A stretch of 64,000 nt of DNA from Hyphomicrobiaceae bacterium (lineage in GTDB: Bacteria; Pseudomonadota; Alphaproteobacteria; Rhizobiales; Hyphomicrobiaceae): positions 3,269 to 67,268 of the forward strand of contig JBJXDZ010000047.1 of the NCBI GenBank assembly GCA_046154645.1. Reading direction: 5' to 3'. Shown here piece by piece: positions 26,999 through 35,820 of this stretch (its first letter is position 1; the number at the start of each line of letters is the position of its first letter). The translations under genes and the position numbers were made by a program. The notes under the pieces are model-generated. The model saw only the letters and a list, made by a program, of their open reading frames with translations, had not been told where the DNA came from and did no database searches.

Positions 26999-28636
26999 GT
27001 GGACACTTTCGATTATGTGATTGTTGGTGCCGGCTCGGCCGGCAGCGTACTGGCCAATCGACTGTCGGCCAACGGGCGGCACATGGTGTGCGTGCTCGAG
27101 GCAGGCCCCAGCGACTGGCTGCCGTGGATCCATATCCCAGCCGGCTTCATCAAGACATTCTACCACCCCAAGGTGAACTGGCTCTACGCCATGGAACCGA
27201 CTGAGTGGACGGGCGGGCGTAGCATCCACGCGCCCCGCGGCAAGACGCTGGGTGGCTCATCGTCCATCAACGGCAACGTCTACAACCGTGGCCAGCGGCT
27301 GGATTTCGACACCTGGTCGCAATTCGGCAATCGCGGCTGGGGCTACGCCGACGTGCTGCCCTATTTCCGGCGCCTGGAGAACCGCCTCGGCGAGGGTGAC
27401 CCGACGTTCCGCGGCAAGGATGGCGCCCTCACCGTCTCCGACTGCGATTGGATTCATCCCCTGTGCGAGGCCTTCATTGCCGGCGCCGTTGAATCCGGCA
27501 TCCCGCGCAATCCCGATTACAACGGCACCACCCAGGAGGGCGTTGCCTATGCCCAGCGCACCATCCAGAACGGCCGCCGTATGAGCGCGGCGCGGGCCTT
27601 TCTCCATCCCGCCAAGAGCCGCAAGAACCTGACCATCCGCACCCACGCGCACGCCACTCGCATCCTGCTCGAAGGCAAGCGTGCCGTTGGCGTGCGCTAT
27701 GCCCGTGGCGGCCGCGGCGGCAGTGAGATCGAGGTGCGCGCCACCAAGGACGTGATCCTCTCCGGCGGCGCCTATAACTCGCCGCAGCTCATGCTGCTGT
27801 CGGGCATCGGGCCGGGCGAGCAATTGCGCCAGCATGGCATCGCGATGCAGCATGGGTTGGCCGGCGTTGGCGAGAATCTGCGGGACCACTACGCGCCCCG
27901 CTTCGTCGCCCGCGTCAAGAACATCGAGACCATCAACGAGCGCGTGCGTGGGCTCAATCTGGTCGGCGAGGTGGCGAAGTGGGCGCTCACGCGCAAGGGC
28001 GTTCTGTCGCTGTCGCCGACGCTGGTCTACGCCTTCTGGCGCTCGCACCCGGACGTTGCTAACTCCGACATCCAGCTCACGTTCACGCCGGCGAGCTACC
28101 GCGAGGGTGTGCAGGGCGAGCTCGAGAGGGAGCCTGGCATGACGGTCGCCTCCTGGCAGCAGCGCCCCGATAGTAAGGGTTACGTGCGCCTACGCTCGGC
28201 CGACCCCTTCGCCAAGCCGGTGATCAATCCCAATTACCTGGCGGAGGCCTCCGACCGCCGCGTGCTGCTGGCTGCCATGAAGCTCGCCCGCAGCCTGCTC
28301 AAGACCAAGCCGCTCGAGCCTTACTATGCGCACGAGGATTTCCCTGGCCCCAAGGTGCAGTCGGACGACGAGCTGCTTGGCGCTGCCAAGGAGCGGGGCA
28401 CCACTACCTTTCATCCCGCCGGCACCTGCCGCATGGGCCCGGCCACCGATCCCCTCGCCGTCGTCGATGACCAGTTGCGTGTGCACGGCCTCGACGGCTT
28501 GCGCGTCATCGACGCCTCGATCATGCCAACGATGCTGTCGGCCAACCTCAACGCCGCCACCATGATGATCGCCGACAAGGCCTCAGACCTCATCCTCGGC
28601 AAGGCGCCACCCGACCCGATCCTGCTGGCGGGCTGA
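26999..28636 (+). CDS. GMC family oxidoreductase (choline dehydrogenase-like)
   Basis: Contains FDYVIVGAGSAGSVLANRLS and the C-terminal HPAGTCRMG. GTG at 26999 places the FAD motif at residue 4. An ATG at 26924 is the longer alternative. Confidence 0.88.
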   Translation: MDTFDYVIVGAGSAGSVLANRLSANGRHMVCVLEAGPSDWLPWIHIPAGFIKTFYHPKVNWLYAMEPTEWTGGRSIHAPRGKTLGGSSSINGNVYNRGQRLDFDTWSQFGNRGWGYADVLPYFRRLENRLGEGDPTFRGKDGALTVSDCDWIHPLCEAFIAGAVESGIPRNPDYNGTTQEGVAYAQRTIQNGRRMSAARAFLHPAKSRKNLTIRTHAHATRILLEGKRAVGVRYARGGRGGSEIEVRATKDVILSGGAYNSPQLMLLSGIGPGEQLRQHGIAMQHGLAGVGENLRDHYAPRFVARVKNIETINERVRGLNLVGEVAKWALTRKGVLSLSPTLVYAFWRSHPDVANSDIQLTFTPASYREGVQGELEREPGMTVASWQQRPDSKGYVRLRSADPFAKPVINPNYLAEASDRRVLLAAMKLARSLLKTKPLEPYYAHEDFPGPKVQSDDELLGAAKERGTTTFHPAGTCRMGPATDPLAVVDDQLRVHGLDGLRVIDASIMPTMLSANLNAATMMIADKASDLILGKAPPDPILLAG

Positions 28637-28646
28637 AAGAACACCA

Positions 28647-29012
28647 ATGGCGCACCAGTTGCTGTGGATCGAGGTGATCGTCAAACTGGCGGGCGGTCTG
28701 CTGCTGCTGCTCGCGCCCCGACTATTGGCCCGTGCGCTCGGCCTGCCGCCGGCCGAAAGTCCATTCTGGCCGCGCCTGCTGGGCGGCGTGCTGATCGGCA
28801 TCGCCGCCGCCGCCTTTGTCGAGGTCAAGCTCAAGACCGGCAGCGGGCTCGGCCTCGGCGGGGCCATCGCCATCAACCTGGCCGGTGTTGCGTGCCTTGG
28901 CGCCCTGCTCATTCTGGGACAAGGCGGCCCATTGCGCCGTGGCCGCGCCGTGCTCTGGCTGGTAGCGGGCGTCTTCGCCACCCTGGCCCTGGTCGAGATC
29001 GCCTGGCTGTGA
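28647..29012 (+). CDS. small integral membrane protein
   Basis: 121 aa with 4 hydrophobic segments. It starts 10 nt after the GMC oxidoreductase stop. Confidence 0.6.
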   Translation: MAHQLLWIEVIVKLAGGLLLLLAPRLLARALGLPPAESPFWPRLLGGVLIGIAAAAFVEVKLKTGSGLGLGGAIAINLAGVACLGALLILGQGGPLRRGRAVLWLVAGVFATLALVEIAWL

Positions 29013-29129
29013 GCCCGCCCAAGGCCGCGTCCAGGCCACCGCGCACGGGGGCGCGCCCATACCCCGGTCACGAAATCGTTATGGCATAGCTTTTGCTCCC
29101 TCGCTTCCCGAGCCCGCCTGTTCCCGGAA

Positions 29130-30398
29130 GTGAGACGACGCATGGCCAACGCCTTATTTCAGCGCCTCGACAATCCCCTTGCATCGCCCGCGCCGGATCT
29201 GGCTCTCAGCTTGAGCACCGGCGACACGGCCCAAGCGGCGCCCATGCGCCTCGACATGACCCTGATCGACACGATGGCAGGCTTCGAGGCCCTCGAAGCC
29301 GAATGGACCAGCCTGCTGGCGCGCAGCCTGCAGCCGCACCAGGTGTTCCAGACCTTCAACTGGCATTGGCACTGGTGCCAGCACTACGCGGCCCGCCCTG
29401 GCATCCGTGGCGCCACCCTCGCCATCGTCACAGGCCGCCGCGCAGGCCGCCTGGAGCTGATCCTGCCCCTGGCCATGACGCGTATCGCGGGCCTGCGCCA
29501 GCTCTCCTGGATGGGTGAGCCGGTGTCGCAATATGGCGACGCCATCGCGGCGCCCGAGGCTGCCGACCTCGCCACGCTGGCTGCAGCCTTCGATTTCGCG
29601 GTCAAGGCCACCGGCGCCGACGTCGCTAACCTGCGCAAGGTGCGCGCCGACGCCCAGATCGCGCCGCTGCTCGTGGCCCGCCATGCCGACATCATCGACA
29701 GCGAGGAGGCACCCTACATGAGCCTCGCCAATGCACCTGACTACGAGGCTTACGAGAGCCGGGCTCCGTCCAAGCGGCGCAAGAACCGCCGTCGTCACAT
29801 GCGCCGGCTGGAAGAGCGCGGCAGCGTCGTCTTCGAGCAACTGAGCGGCACCGACTTGGCAGCCCACCTCGCCGACTATGCGATCCGCCTGAAGCGGGCA
29901 CAGCTGAAAGGCAAGGGCGGCGTTGCCCCCACGCTCGCCGATCCTCGCTTCGCCGCCTTCTTCGCTGACGCCGCCCACAGCCGCGGCCGACCGGTCGGTT
30001 GCCAGGTCATGGCGCTGCGCAGCGGCAACGAAATCGCCGCCATGCAGATCGTGCTCGACCACGGCACGCACCGCTTCCTGCATGTCGCCGTGTTCGCCGG
30101 CAAGTTCGAGAAATGCGGCGTCGGCGGCCTGCTGCTCGAGCATGCCATCGCCAACTGTTTCGCGAGCGGCATCACCACCTTCGACCTGCTGGCGCCGAAG
30201 CACGAATACAAGATGGATTTCGCCGACGGCACCGTGCTCGTCAACGATCATGCCGTTGGACTTACATTCGCTGGCCGCGTTTACGTGCGTGGCATCCTTG
30301 GCATGCGCGCCAACGTCAAGACCGCCATCGAAAGCCTCCCCGCCCCCGCGCGCCGCGTCGTCGGTGATGCGATCGCCCGCGTGCGCCGCCGAGCCTGA
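29130..30398 (+). CDS. GNAT/FemAB-like acetyltransferase (CelD / BioF2-like Acetyltransf_6 domain)
   Basis: 422 aa. Contains FEALEAEWTSLLARS..FQTFNWHWHW, typical of CelD-like proteins. The start is uncertain (29130, 29142 or 29247). Confidence 0.7.
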   Translation: MRRRMANALFQRLDNPLASPAPDLALSLSTGDTAQAAPMRLDMTLIDTMAGFEALEAEWTSLLARSLQPHQVFQTFNWHWHWCQHYAARPGIRGATLAIVTGRRAGRLELILPLAMTRIAGLRQLSWMGEPVSQYGDAIAAPEAADLATLAAAFDFAVKATGADVANLRKVRADAQIAPLLVARHADIIDSEEAPYMSLANAPDYEAYESRAPSKRRKNRRRHMRRLEERGSVVFEQLSGTDLAAHLADYAIRLKRAQLKGKGGVAPTLADPRFAAFFADAAHSRGRPVGCQVMALRSGNEIAAMQIVLDHGTHRFLHVAVFAGKFEKCGVGGLLLEHAIANCFASGITTFDLLAPKHEYKMDFADGTVLVNDHAVGLTFAGRVYVRGILGMRANVKTAIESLPAPARRVVGDAIARVRRRA

Positions 30399-30483
30399 GC
30401 CGTGCAGGCCGCCGACGCGAACAGTATCTCCAACAACTGGCGCTTCGACGGGGTGTGGCTGGAGCCTTAGGCCCAGCCTGGCC

Positions 30484-30852
30484 TCATCTCCGGCGCAGCC
30501 GGCTGCAGTATCGCCGGAACTCGACAGGCGTGAGCCGCGTTGCCTTCGACCAGCCTTTGTCGCAGGTCTCGGCCGTTACCTGCACCGGCCGCGCATTGGG
30601 ATAGATCACCGCCGGTTCCCGAGGCTTCAGGGGCGCAATAGGCGGTGGTGACGGAATGGCACCGCGCGGCCAGATCGGCGTGCCGGTCGCCTCCCCGGGC
30701 CGCCCCGAATACTGCGGAATAGGCCGGGCATAGGGATCGGCCGGCACGCCCATGGGCGAGGGCACGTACCGGCCTTCGCGGTCGTACTGTGCCTTGGCCG
30801 GCGTCAGCGAGGCGACGCAGACCAGCGCTGCAATGAGGACCCGCATGGACAT
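30484..30852 (-). CDS. small secreted proline-rich protein
   Basis: Signal peptide MSMRVLIAALVCVASLTPAKA, followed by a Pro-rich mature part with 2 Cys near the C-terminus. Confidence 0.55.
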   Translation of the reverse strand: MSMRVLIAALVCVASLTPAKAQYDREGRYVPSPMGVPADPYARPIPQYSGRPGEATGTPIWPRGAIPSPPPIAPLKPREPAVIYPNARPVQVTAETCDKGWSKATRLTPVEFRRYCSRLRRR

Positions 30853-30980
30853 TTCAATAGTCATGTCCGTTATATTGGGCGTCGCTTCGTTCCTGCCAAG
30901 CGCTGAGACGGCGCGCGGACAACCGCAAATGGCGTGTCCCACCCCAAGGCCGGGCCGAACGGGCGAGATCAGGCCTGCGG

Positions 30981-31355
30981 CTACTTCTTGGCAGGTGGCG
31001 CTGCCGGAGGCGTCCCGGCCGGCGGCGTGGCGCCGGGAGGTGTCTCAGCCGGCGGTTCGGGGGTATCGTAGTAGAGGTAGCCTTCCTCGATCGATACCGC
31101 CTCGTTGCCTTCCAGCTCGTACTCGTCCTCCTCGCTGTCGTTGAGGCGGATGACGCAGCCCTTGGCGCACAAGTTCTCGAGCACCTGGTTGGCCTTGAGG
31201 ACATGGTCCGACTTCTTCGCCCCATCCTCTTCGATGATGGTGAGCTTGTGGTCTTTGTCGTCACGGTTGGTGATGGTCACCGCACAGGCCGACTGGACGC
31301 TCAAGCACAGCGTCAGAAGCATTGCCGCAGTCGCGGCCGAGGCGCGAAACGTCAT
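30981..31355 (-). CDS. small secreted protein with acidic core and Pro/Thr/Ala-rich tail
   Basis: Signal peptide MTFRASAATAAMLLTLCLSVQSACA. Tail PEPPAETPPGATPPAGTPPAAPPAKK. GGAG lies 10 nt upstream. Confidence 0.6.
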   Translation of the reverse strand: MTFRASAATAAMLLTLCLSVQSACAVTITNRDDKDHKLTIIEEDGAKKSDHVLKANQVLENLCAKGCVIRLNDSEEDEYELEGNEAVSIEEGYLYYDTPEPPAETPPGATPPAGTPPAAPPAKK

Positions 31356-31493
31356 GGCAGGGAACTCCGCTTCCCGAATCATTGCTGCAACGTTGTAATG
31401 CCTCTTTTGGGCATTGCTACGCCTTAGTCCAGCCGAATTGCCGCAGCCGAGGGTCGCATCGCCGGCCCATCACCTGTGCCATCACCAAACATC

Positions 31494-31793
31494 CTATCTC
31501 GTTGGCCGGACAGTGAAACCGGGAACCTCCAGAGGCGCCTCATTGAACTCCTTGACCATGGCCACGGACGCAGAAACCGGCCCGCTGTGACATTTTTGGA
31601 TCATGGCAGCGACCTTGTCCTGCGGCCCCGCAATGACGGCCTCGACACCACCATCGCGCCGGTTGGCAACCCAGCCGTCGAGCCCCAGCGCCCCGGCCGT
31701 CGCCACCACCCAGGCGCGAAAGCCCACGCCCTGCACGTGGCCTTCGATGCGCAGGCGCACGGTGCGGCGGTCGGCGTCGGCCATGGCAGCCAC
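31494..31793 (-). CDS. acyP: acylphosphatase
   Basis: Contains VRLRIEGHVQGVGFRAWV and WVANRRDGGVEAV. Confidence 0.9.
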   Translation of the reverse strand: MAAMADADRRTVRLRIEGHVQGVGFRAWVVATAGALGLDGWVANRRDGGVEAVIAGPQDKVAAMIQKCHSGPVSASVAMVKEFNEAPLEVPGFTVRPTR

Positions 31794-31794
31794 C

Positions 31795-33384
31795 TCAATA
31801 CCCGAGCGCCATGCCGTCCTTGCGCGGGTCGGAGGCGCCGACCAGGGTGCCGTTGGCGCGGTCGAACATGACGATCTGGCCGCCGCCCCAGGGCTCCGGC
31901 CGGCGCTCGACCGGATGACCCATGGCCTTCAGCGCGTTGGCGACGTCGGCTGGCACCGAGTCTTCGACCCACAGCTTGCCGCCTTCGAAGAACACGCGCG
32001 GATTGTCAAGCGCCTCCTGCGGGTCCATCCCGTAGTCCAGCATGTTGCTCATGACATAGACGTGCCCCATGGGCTGAAAATTGGCGCCCATGACGCCGAA
32101 CGACAGCCACGGCTTGCCGTCTCGATAGGCCATGGCCGGCACCAGCGTATGCATGGGCCGTTTGCCCGGGGCGATACAATTGCGATGCTTGGGATCGAGC
32201 ACGAAGCCCTGCGCCCGGTTGTGGAACACGACGCCGGTCTTCTGCGTCGCGAGCCCCGAGCCGAAACCCGAGAAAATCGAGTTGATGAACGACACCGCCA
32301 TGCCGTCCCCGTCGACCACCGTCATGTAGATGGTGTCGGTACCTTTGGGCTCGGGGATGGGACCCAGATCCGCCTTGCGGACCTTGCGATCGATGCGCTT
32401 GGCAAGCTCGTCGGCGAAGGCGTCGGATAGCATATGCGCCACCGGCACGTCGGCGCGCTCGGGATCAGCGACGAATTGGTCGCGCATGGCGAAGGTCAGC
32501 CGGACCGCTTCCATCAGCACGTGATAGCGCTCGGTGCTGGCGGGGCCGTCGCCGAGCTTGCCGCCGATGCGATCAAGGATTTTCAGCATCACCAGCGCCA
32601 CGATGCCGTGCAGGTTGGGCGGCAGCTCGTAGAGCGTCGTGCCCTTGTAGTCGACCGAGATCGGATCGACGTAGGAGCAGCGCTGGCCGGCGAAATCCTC
32701 GAGCGTATGCAGGCCACCGAGCCCCTTCAGCTCCGCCACCATGTCCGCCGCCACCTCGCCGGTGTAGAAGCCGTCGCGGCCCTGCTCGGCGATGCGACGC
32801 AGCGTCTTGCCCAGCGCCGGGAACTTCATGATCTCGCCGACGCGCGGAATGCGGCCATCCTTCAGCAGGTGCTTGGTGGCGCCGACATTGCCTTTGATCT
32901 TGGTCTCCAGCGTGGCCCAGTCATGCGCCACACGGGCATGCACCGGAAAGCCCTTCTCGGCGTACTCGATGGCCGGTGCCAGCACATCAGCGAAGGTCTT
33001 GCGGCCGTGGTCCTTCAGGAGGGTCGCCCAGGCATCAATGGAGCACGGGATCGACACCGCATGCGGCGTCTGCGTCTCGATCTGCTTGATGCCGGCCTTC
33101 TGGTACCACTCTACGGTCGCAGCCTTCGGCGCCCGGCCTGAGCCATTCAGCGCAATCGGCTTCTGTCCCGGCTTGGCGATCAACGCGAAGCAATCGCCGC
33201 CAATGCCCGTCATGGCCGGCTCGACCACGCACATGACCGCCGTTGCCGTGATCGCCGCGTCGACCGCGTTGCCGCCTTGCTTCAGCATGTCGATGGCCGC
33301 CACGCTGGCCAGCGGATGCGACGTCGCGCACATGGCCTTGGTGCCGATGACGGGTGACCGTCCGGGGAAATGGAAATTGCGCAT
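31795..33384 (-). CDS. ggt: gamma-glutamyltransferase
   Basis: ATG at 33384. Begins MRNFHFPGRSPVIGTKAMCATSHPLAS, with GTDTIYMTVVD (autoprocessing Thr region). Confidence 0.9.
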   Translation of the reverse strand: MRNFHFPGRSPVIGTKAMCATSHPLASVAAIDMLKQGGNAVDAAITATAVMCVVEPAMTGIGGDCFALIAKPGQKPIALNGSGRAPKAATVEWYQKAGIKQIETQTPHAVSIPCSIDAWATLLKDHGRKTFADVLAPAIEYAEKGFPVHARVAHDWATLETKIKGNVGATKHLLKDGRIPRVGEIMKFPALGKTLRRIAEQGRDGFYTGEVAADMVAELKGLGGLHTLEDFAGQRCSYVDPISVDYKGTTLYELPPNLHGIVALVMLKILDRIGGKLGDGPASTERYHVLMEAVRLTFAMRDQFVADPERADVPVAHMLSDAFADELAKRIDRKVRKADLGPIPEPKGTDTIYMTVVDGDGMAVSFINSIFSGFGSGLATQKTGVVFHNRAQGFVLDPKHRNCIAPGKRPMHTLVPAMAYRDGKPWLSFGVMGANFQPMGHVYVMSNMLDYGMDPQEALDNPRVFFEGGKLWVEDSVPADVANALKAMGHPVERRPEPWGGGQIVMFDRANGTLVGASDPRKDGMALGY

Positions 33385-33427
33385 CAGACGGGTCTCCTTG
33401 GCCCAGACCGGCGCGCCGACTCTGTCG

Positions 33428-34048
33428 TCAGGCGCCTTTGGTCTGAGGGAAATACTGCGGTGCCTCGCCGCGAGCAAACATCCCGTAGTCCCGGGACACC
33501 AGAACCAGATGCGCTGCACTGACGCATGGGTCCTGGTCAGCCATGGCCATCAGACCTTCTCCGACCTCACGCCCAGCGACGTCGGCGACGAAGGCATAGG
33601 CCTTATCGTTGTAGACGCTGCGCCAGCCCTCGCCAGCGATGCCATCGGGATGGAACAACGCCCCTTCACTGCGCACCACGATCATCCAGCGTTCAGGCGT
33701 CCGCGCGGTATCGTTGTAGGTGAGCCCCGGCTCCAGCTTGGCAACCAGCCGCCCCGCCATGTCCGCCGCAACCGCGCCAACGCGCAGCCGGTAGTCTTCG
33801 AACACCTCACGGCGGCCCGCCGTCTGCGCCCCATAATGGCGCCCGTTGGCTCGCCAGCGCGCCAAGCTGGCCTCGTCTGCCCACAGTTGATGCGAGAGCA
33901 TGGTGCGGGGCCGGCTGAGGCTGCGGAAACGGTCCAGATAGGCGACGCCGCCGGATGCCTCGAGCTCGGGCTTCAAGCCGCCGGCAATCTCCAGGTAGCG
34001 ATCGTCCTGGCCGGGCCGTGGTGTCACTTCGAAGAACAGCGCGATCAT
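33428..34048 (-). CDS. antibiotic biosynthesis monooxygenase (ABM) domain protein
   Basis: ATG at 34048. Begins MIALFFEVTPRPGQDDRYLEIA, with SHQLWADEASLARWR. 206 aa. Confidence 0.7.
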   Translation of the reverse strand: MIALFFEVTPRPGQDDRYLEIAGGLKPELEASGGVAYLDRFRSLSRPRTMLSHQLWADEASLARWRANGRHYGAQTAGRREVFEDYRLRVGAVAADMAGRLVAKLEPGLTYNDTARTPERWMIVVRSEGALFHPDGIAGEGWRSVYNDKAYAFVADVAGREVGEGLMAMADQDPCVSAAHLVLVSRDYGMFARGEAPQYFPQTKGA

Positions 34049-34110
34049 GGGTTCCGCTCCCTGGTTGCCGAGCCATGCCAGTGTGCCGGTCCAGCGCCGT
34101 CGTGACCAGC

Positions 34111-34142
34111 GCCAACACGCCATCGGGCCAACACGCCATCGG
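34111..34142. repeat. 16-bp tandem duplication (GCCAACACGCCATCGG x2)
   Basis: Two identical adjacent units at 34111-34126 and 34127-34142, in a 326-bp non-coding spacer. Confidence 0.9.
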
Positions 34143-34373
34143 TCGGTCCGGCCTCCTGGGTCGCGTCGGGTCGCGCCTGCGCTTCGCTCCGGCTTGACGC
34201 CGACCTCCGCACGCCAAGGCAACCCGCGTTCGGTCGGGTCAAGACCTGCTCTTTCGCGACCCGACACCAAGTCCACCAACATCAATGCGATCAGCGCAAC
34301 GCTTGCGATCGCGGCTGTCGGGCGGCGACCCGACAACCGCTTGCGCCGTGGGTGCCGCCGCTGAACCACAGGC

Positions 34374-35024
34374 TCAGTTGGTCGCCTTCTTGCCCCAGAG
34401 CTGCTCCGTCCGGGCATCACGACCACAACCGGCACGATACGAATAATACCGGCCCGGGCTCTTCTTGTAGAAGTCCTGGTGGTAGTCCTCAGCGGCGGTA
34501 AACTCGCTCGCAGCGAGGACGCGTGTCGCGAGCGGCTTCTTCAAGGGACCGTTCTTGTCGAGATCAGCTTTGATGCGCTCGGCAATAGCGCGCTGTGCGT
34601 CGCTGTGCGCGAACACGGCGGTGCGGTATGGCTGGCCGCGATCGCAGAACTGGCCACCATCGTCATAGGGGTCAATGGTACGGAAGAACTGCATGACCAG
34701 CTTCTGATAGCTGATCTTCTTCGGGTCGAAGCTCACCTGCACCACCTCGAGATGTCCGGTGTCACCCGCCACTACCCTCTGATAGCTGGGGTTCTTGACG
34801 GTACCGCCCATGAAGCCCGAGATCGTAGTGACCACGCCCTCCATCTTGTCGAAATCGACCTCGACGCACCAGAAGCAGCCGCCCGCAAAGGTCGCGACTT
34901 CAAGACCTTCAGCGGGTTTGGCCGGCGGTGGTGGTGCGGCCGTCTGCGCGAATGGTCCCCCCAATGAGAGGCCAAATCCGAGGGCAGCCAGCAGCAGTGC
35001 CAGCATCGTCAAGCGGCGAGTCAT
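34374..35024 (-). CDS. msrA: peptide-methionine (S)-S-oxide reductase, exported
   Basis: Contains GGCFWCVE. Signal peptide MTRRLTMLALLLAALGFGLSLGGPFAQ. GGAGG lies 7 nt upstream of the ATG at 35024. Confidence 0.9.
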   Translation of the reverse strand: MTRRLTMLALLLAALGFGLSLGGPFAQTAAPPPPAKPAEGLEVATFAGGCFWCVEVDFDKMEGVVTTISGFMGGTVKNPSYQRVVAGDTGHLEVVQVSFDPKKISYQKLVMQFFRTIDPYDDGGQFCDRGQPYRTAVFAHSDAQRAIAERIKADLDKNGPLKKPLATRVLAASEFTAAEDYHQDFYKKSPGRYYSYRAGCGRDARTEQLWGKKATN

Positions 35025-35151
35025 AGGCATTCCTCCAAGGCAGGGCCCGCTGCGGCGTGGAGCAACGCAGGGGCAATGGTGACGGGGACACGTGGCATCG
35101 GTCCGCGCCGGGGCTTCGGCGAACATGCCCGGCGCAAACGTGGGGTCCGGT

Positions 35152-35691
35152 TCAGGACTTCTTGTCGACCACGGCTGCCGGCTCGGTGCTGGGGATGAAT
35201 TTCATCGCCACGCCGTTCATGCAGTAGCGCAGGCCCGTCGGTTGCGGACCATCGTCGAAGACGTGGCCCAGATGACCGCCGCAGGTGGCGCAATGCACTT
35301 CCGTGCGGACCATGAAGAAATTGCGATCCGTCTTGGTGCCGACGGCTTTATCGAGCGGCTTCCAGAAGCTCGGCCAGCCGGTGCGGCTGTCGAACTTGGT
35401 GTCCGACATGAACAGCGGCGTATCGCAGCCGGCACAGTTGTACTGGCCAGGCCCATACTGCTTGTCGAGAGGGCTGGTGAAGGCACGCTCGGTGCCATGG
35501 TCGCGCAGGACGTAATACTGCTCCTTGGTGAGGATCTTCTTCCACTCCTCGGGCGTGCGGGTCACGGGGAAAGCTCCGTTGGCAGGGGGGTTGGCCTTGA
35601 TCGGGTCGGCAGCACGAGCGGATGTGCCGAGAACGAGCAGGCTGGCCGCGGAGGCCAGGCCGGCTGAGCTGAACGTGCGTCTGGAAAACAT
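35152..35691 (-). CDS. msrB: peptide-methionine (R)-S-oxide reductase with twin-arginine signal
   Basis: Begins MFSRRTFSSAGLASAASLLVLGTSARA (S-R-R-x-F Tat motif). Zinc CxxC pairs CAGCD and CATCG. Contains GHVFDDGP and RYCMN. Confidence 0.9.
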   Translation of the reverse strand: MFSRRTFSSAGLASAASLLVLGTSARAADPIKANPPANGAFPVTRTPEEWKKILTKEQYYVLRDHGTERAFTSPLDKQYGPGQYNCAGCDTPLFMSDTKFDSRTGWPSFWKPLDKAVGTKTDRNFFMVRTEVHCATCGGHLGHVFDDGPQPTGLRYCMNGVAMKFIPSTEPAAVVDKKS

Positions 35692-35820
35692 AGGAGGTAT
35701 CACCTCTTGGCGCCAGGAGGACGAGGGCTTGTTGCGACCCCGGGATCGACGCACCCGGACGACGGCGATTCTGGCCGTTGATGGATATACGAGCCAGCCG
35801 GCGGAATTACGAAATCACGT

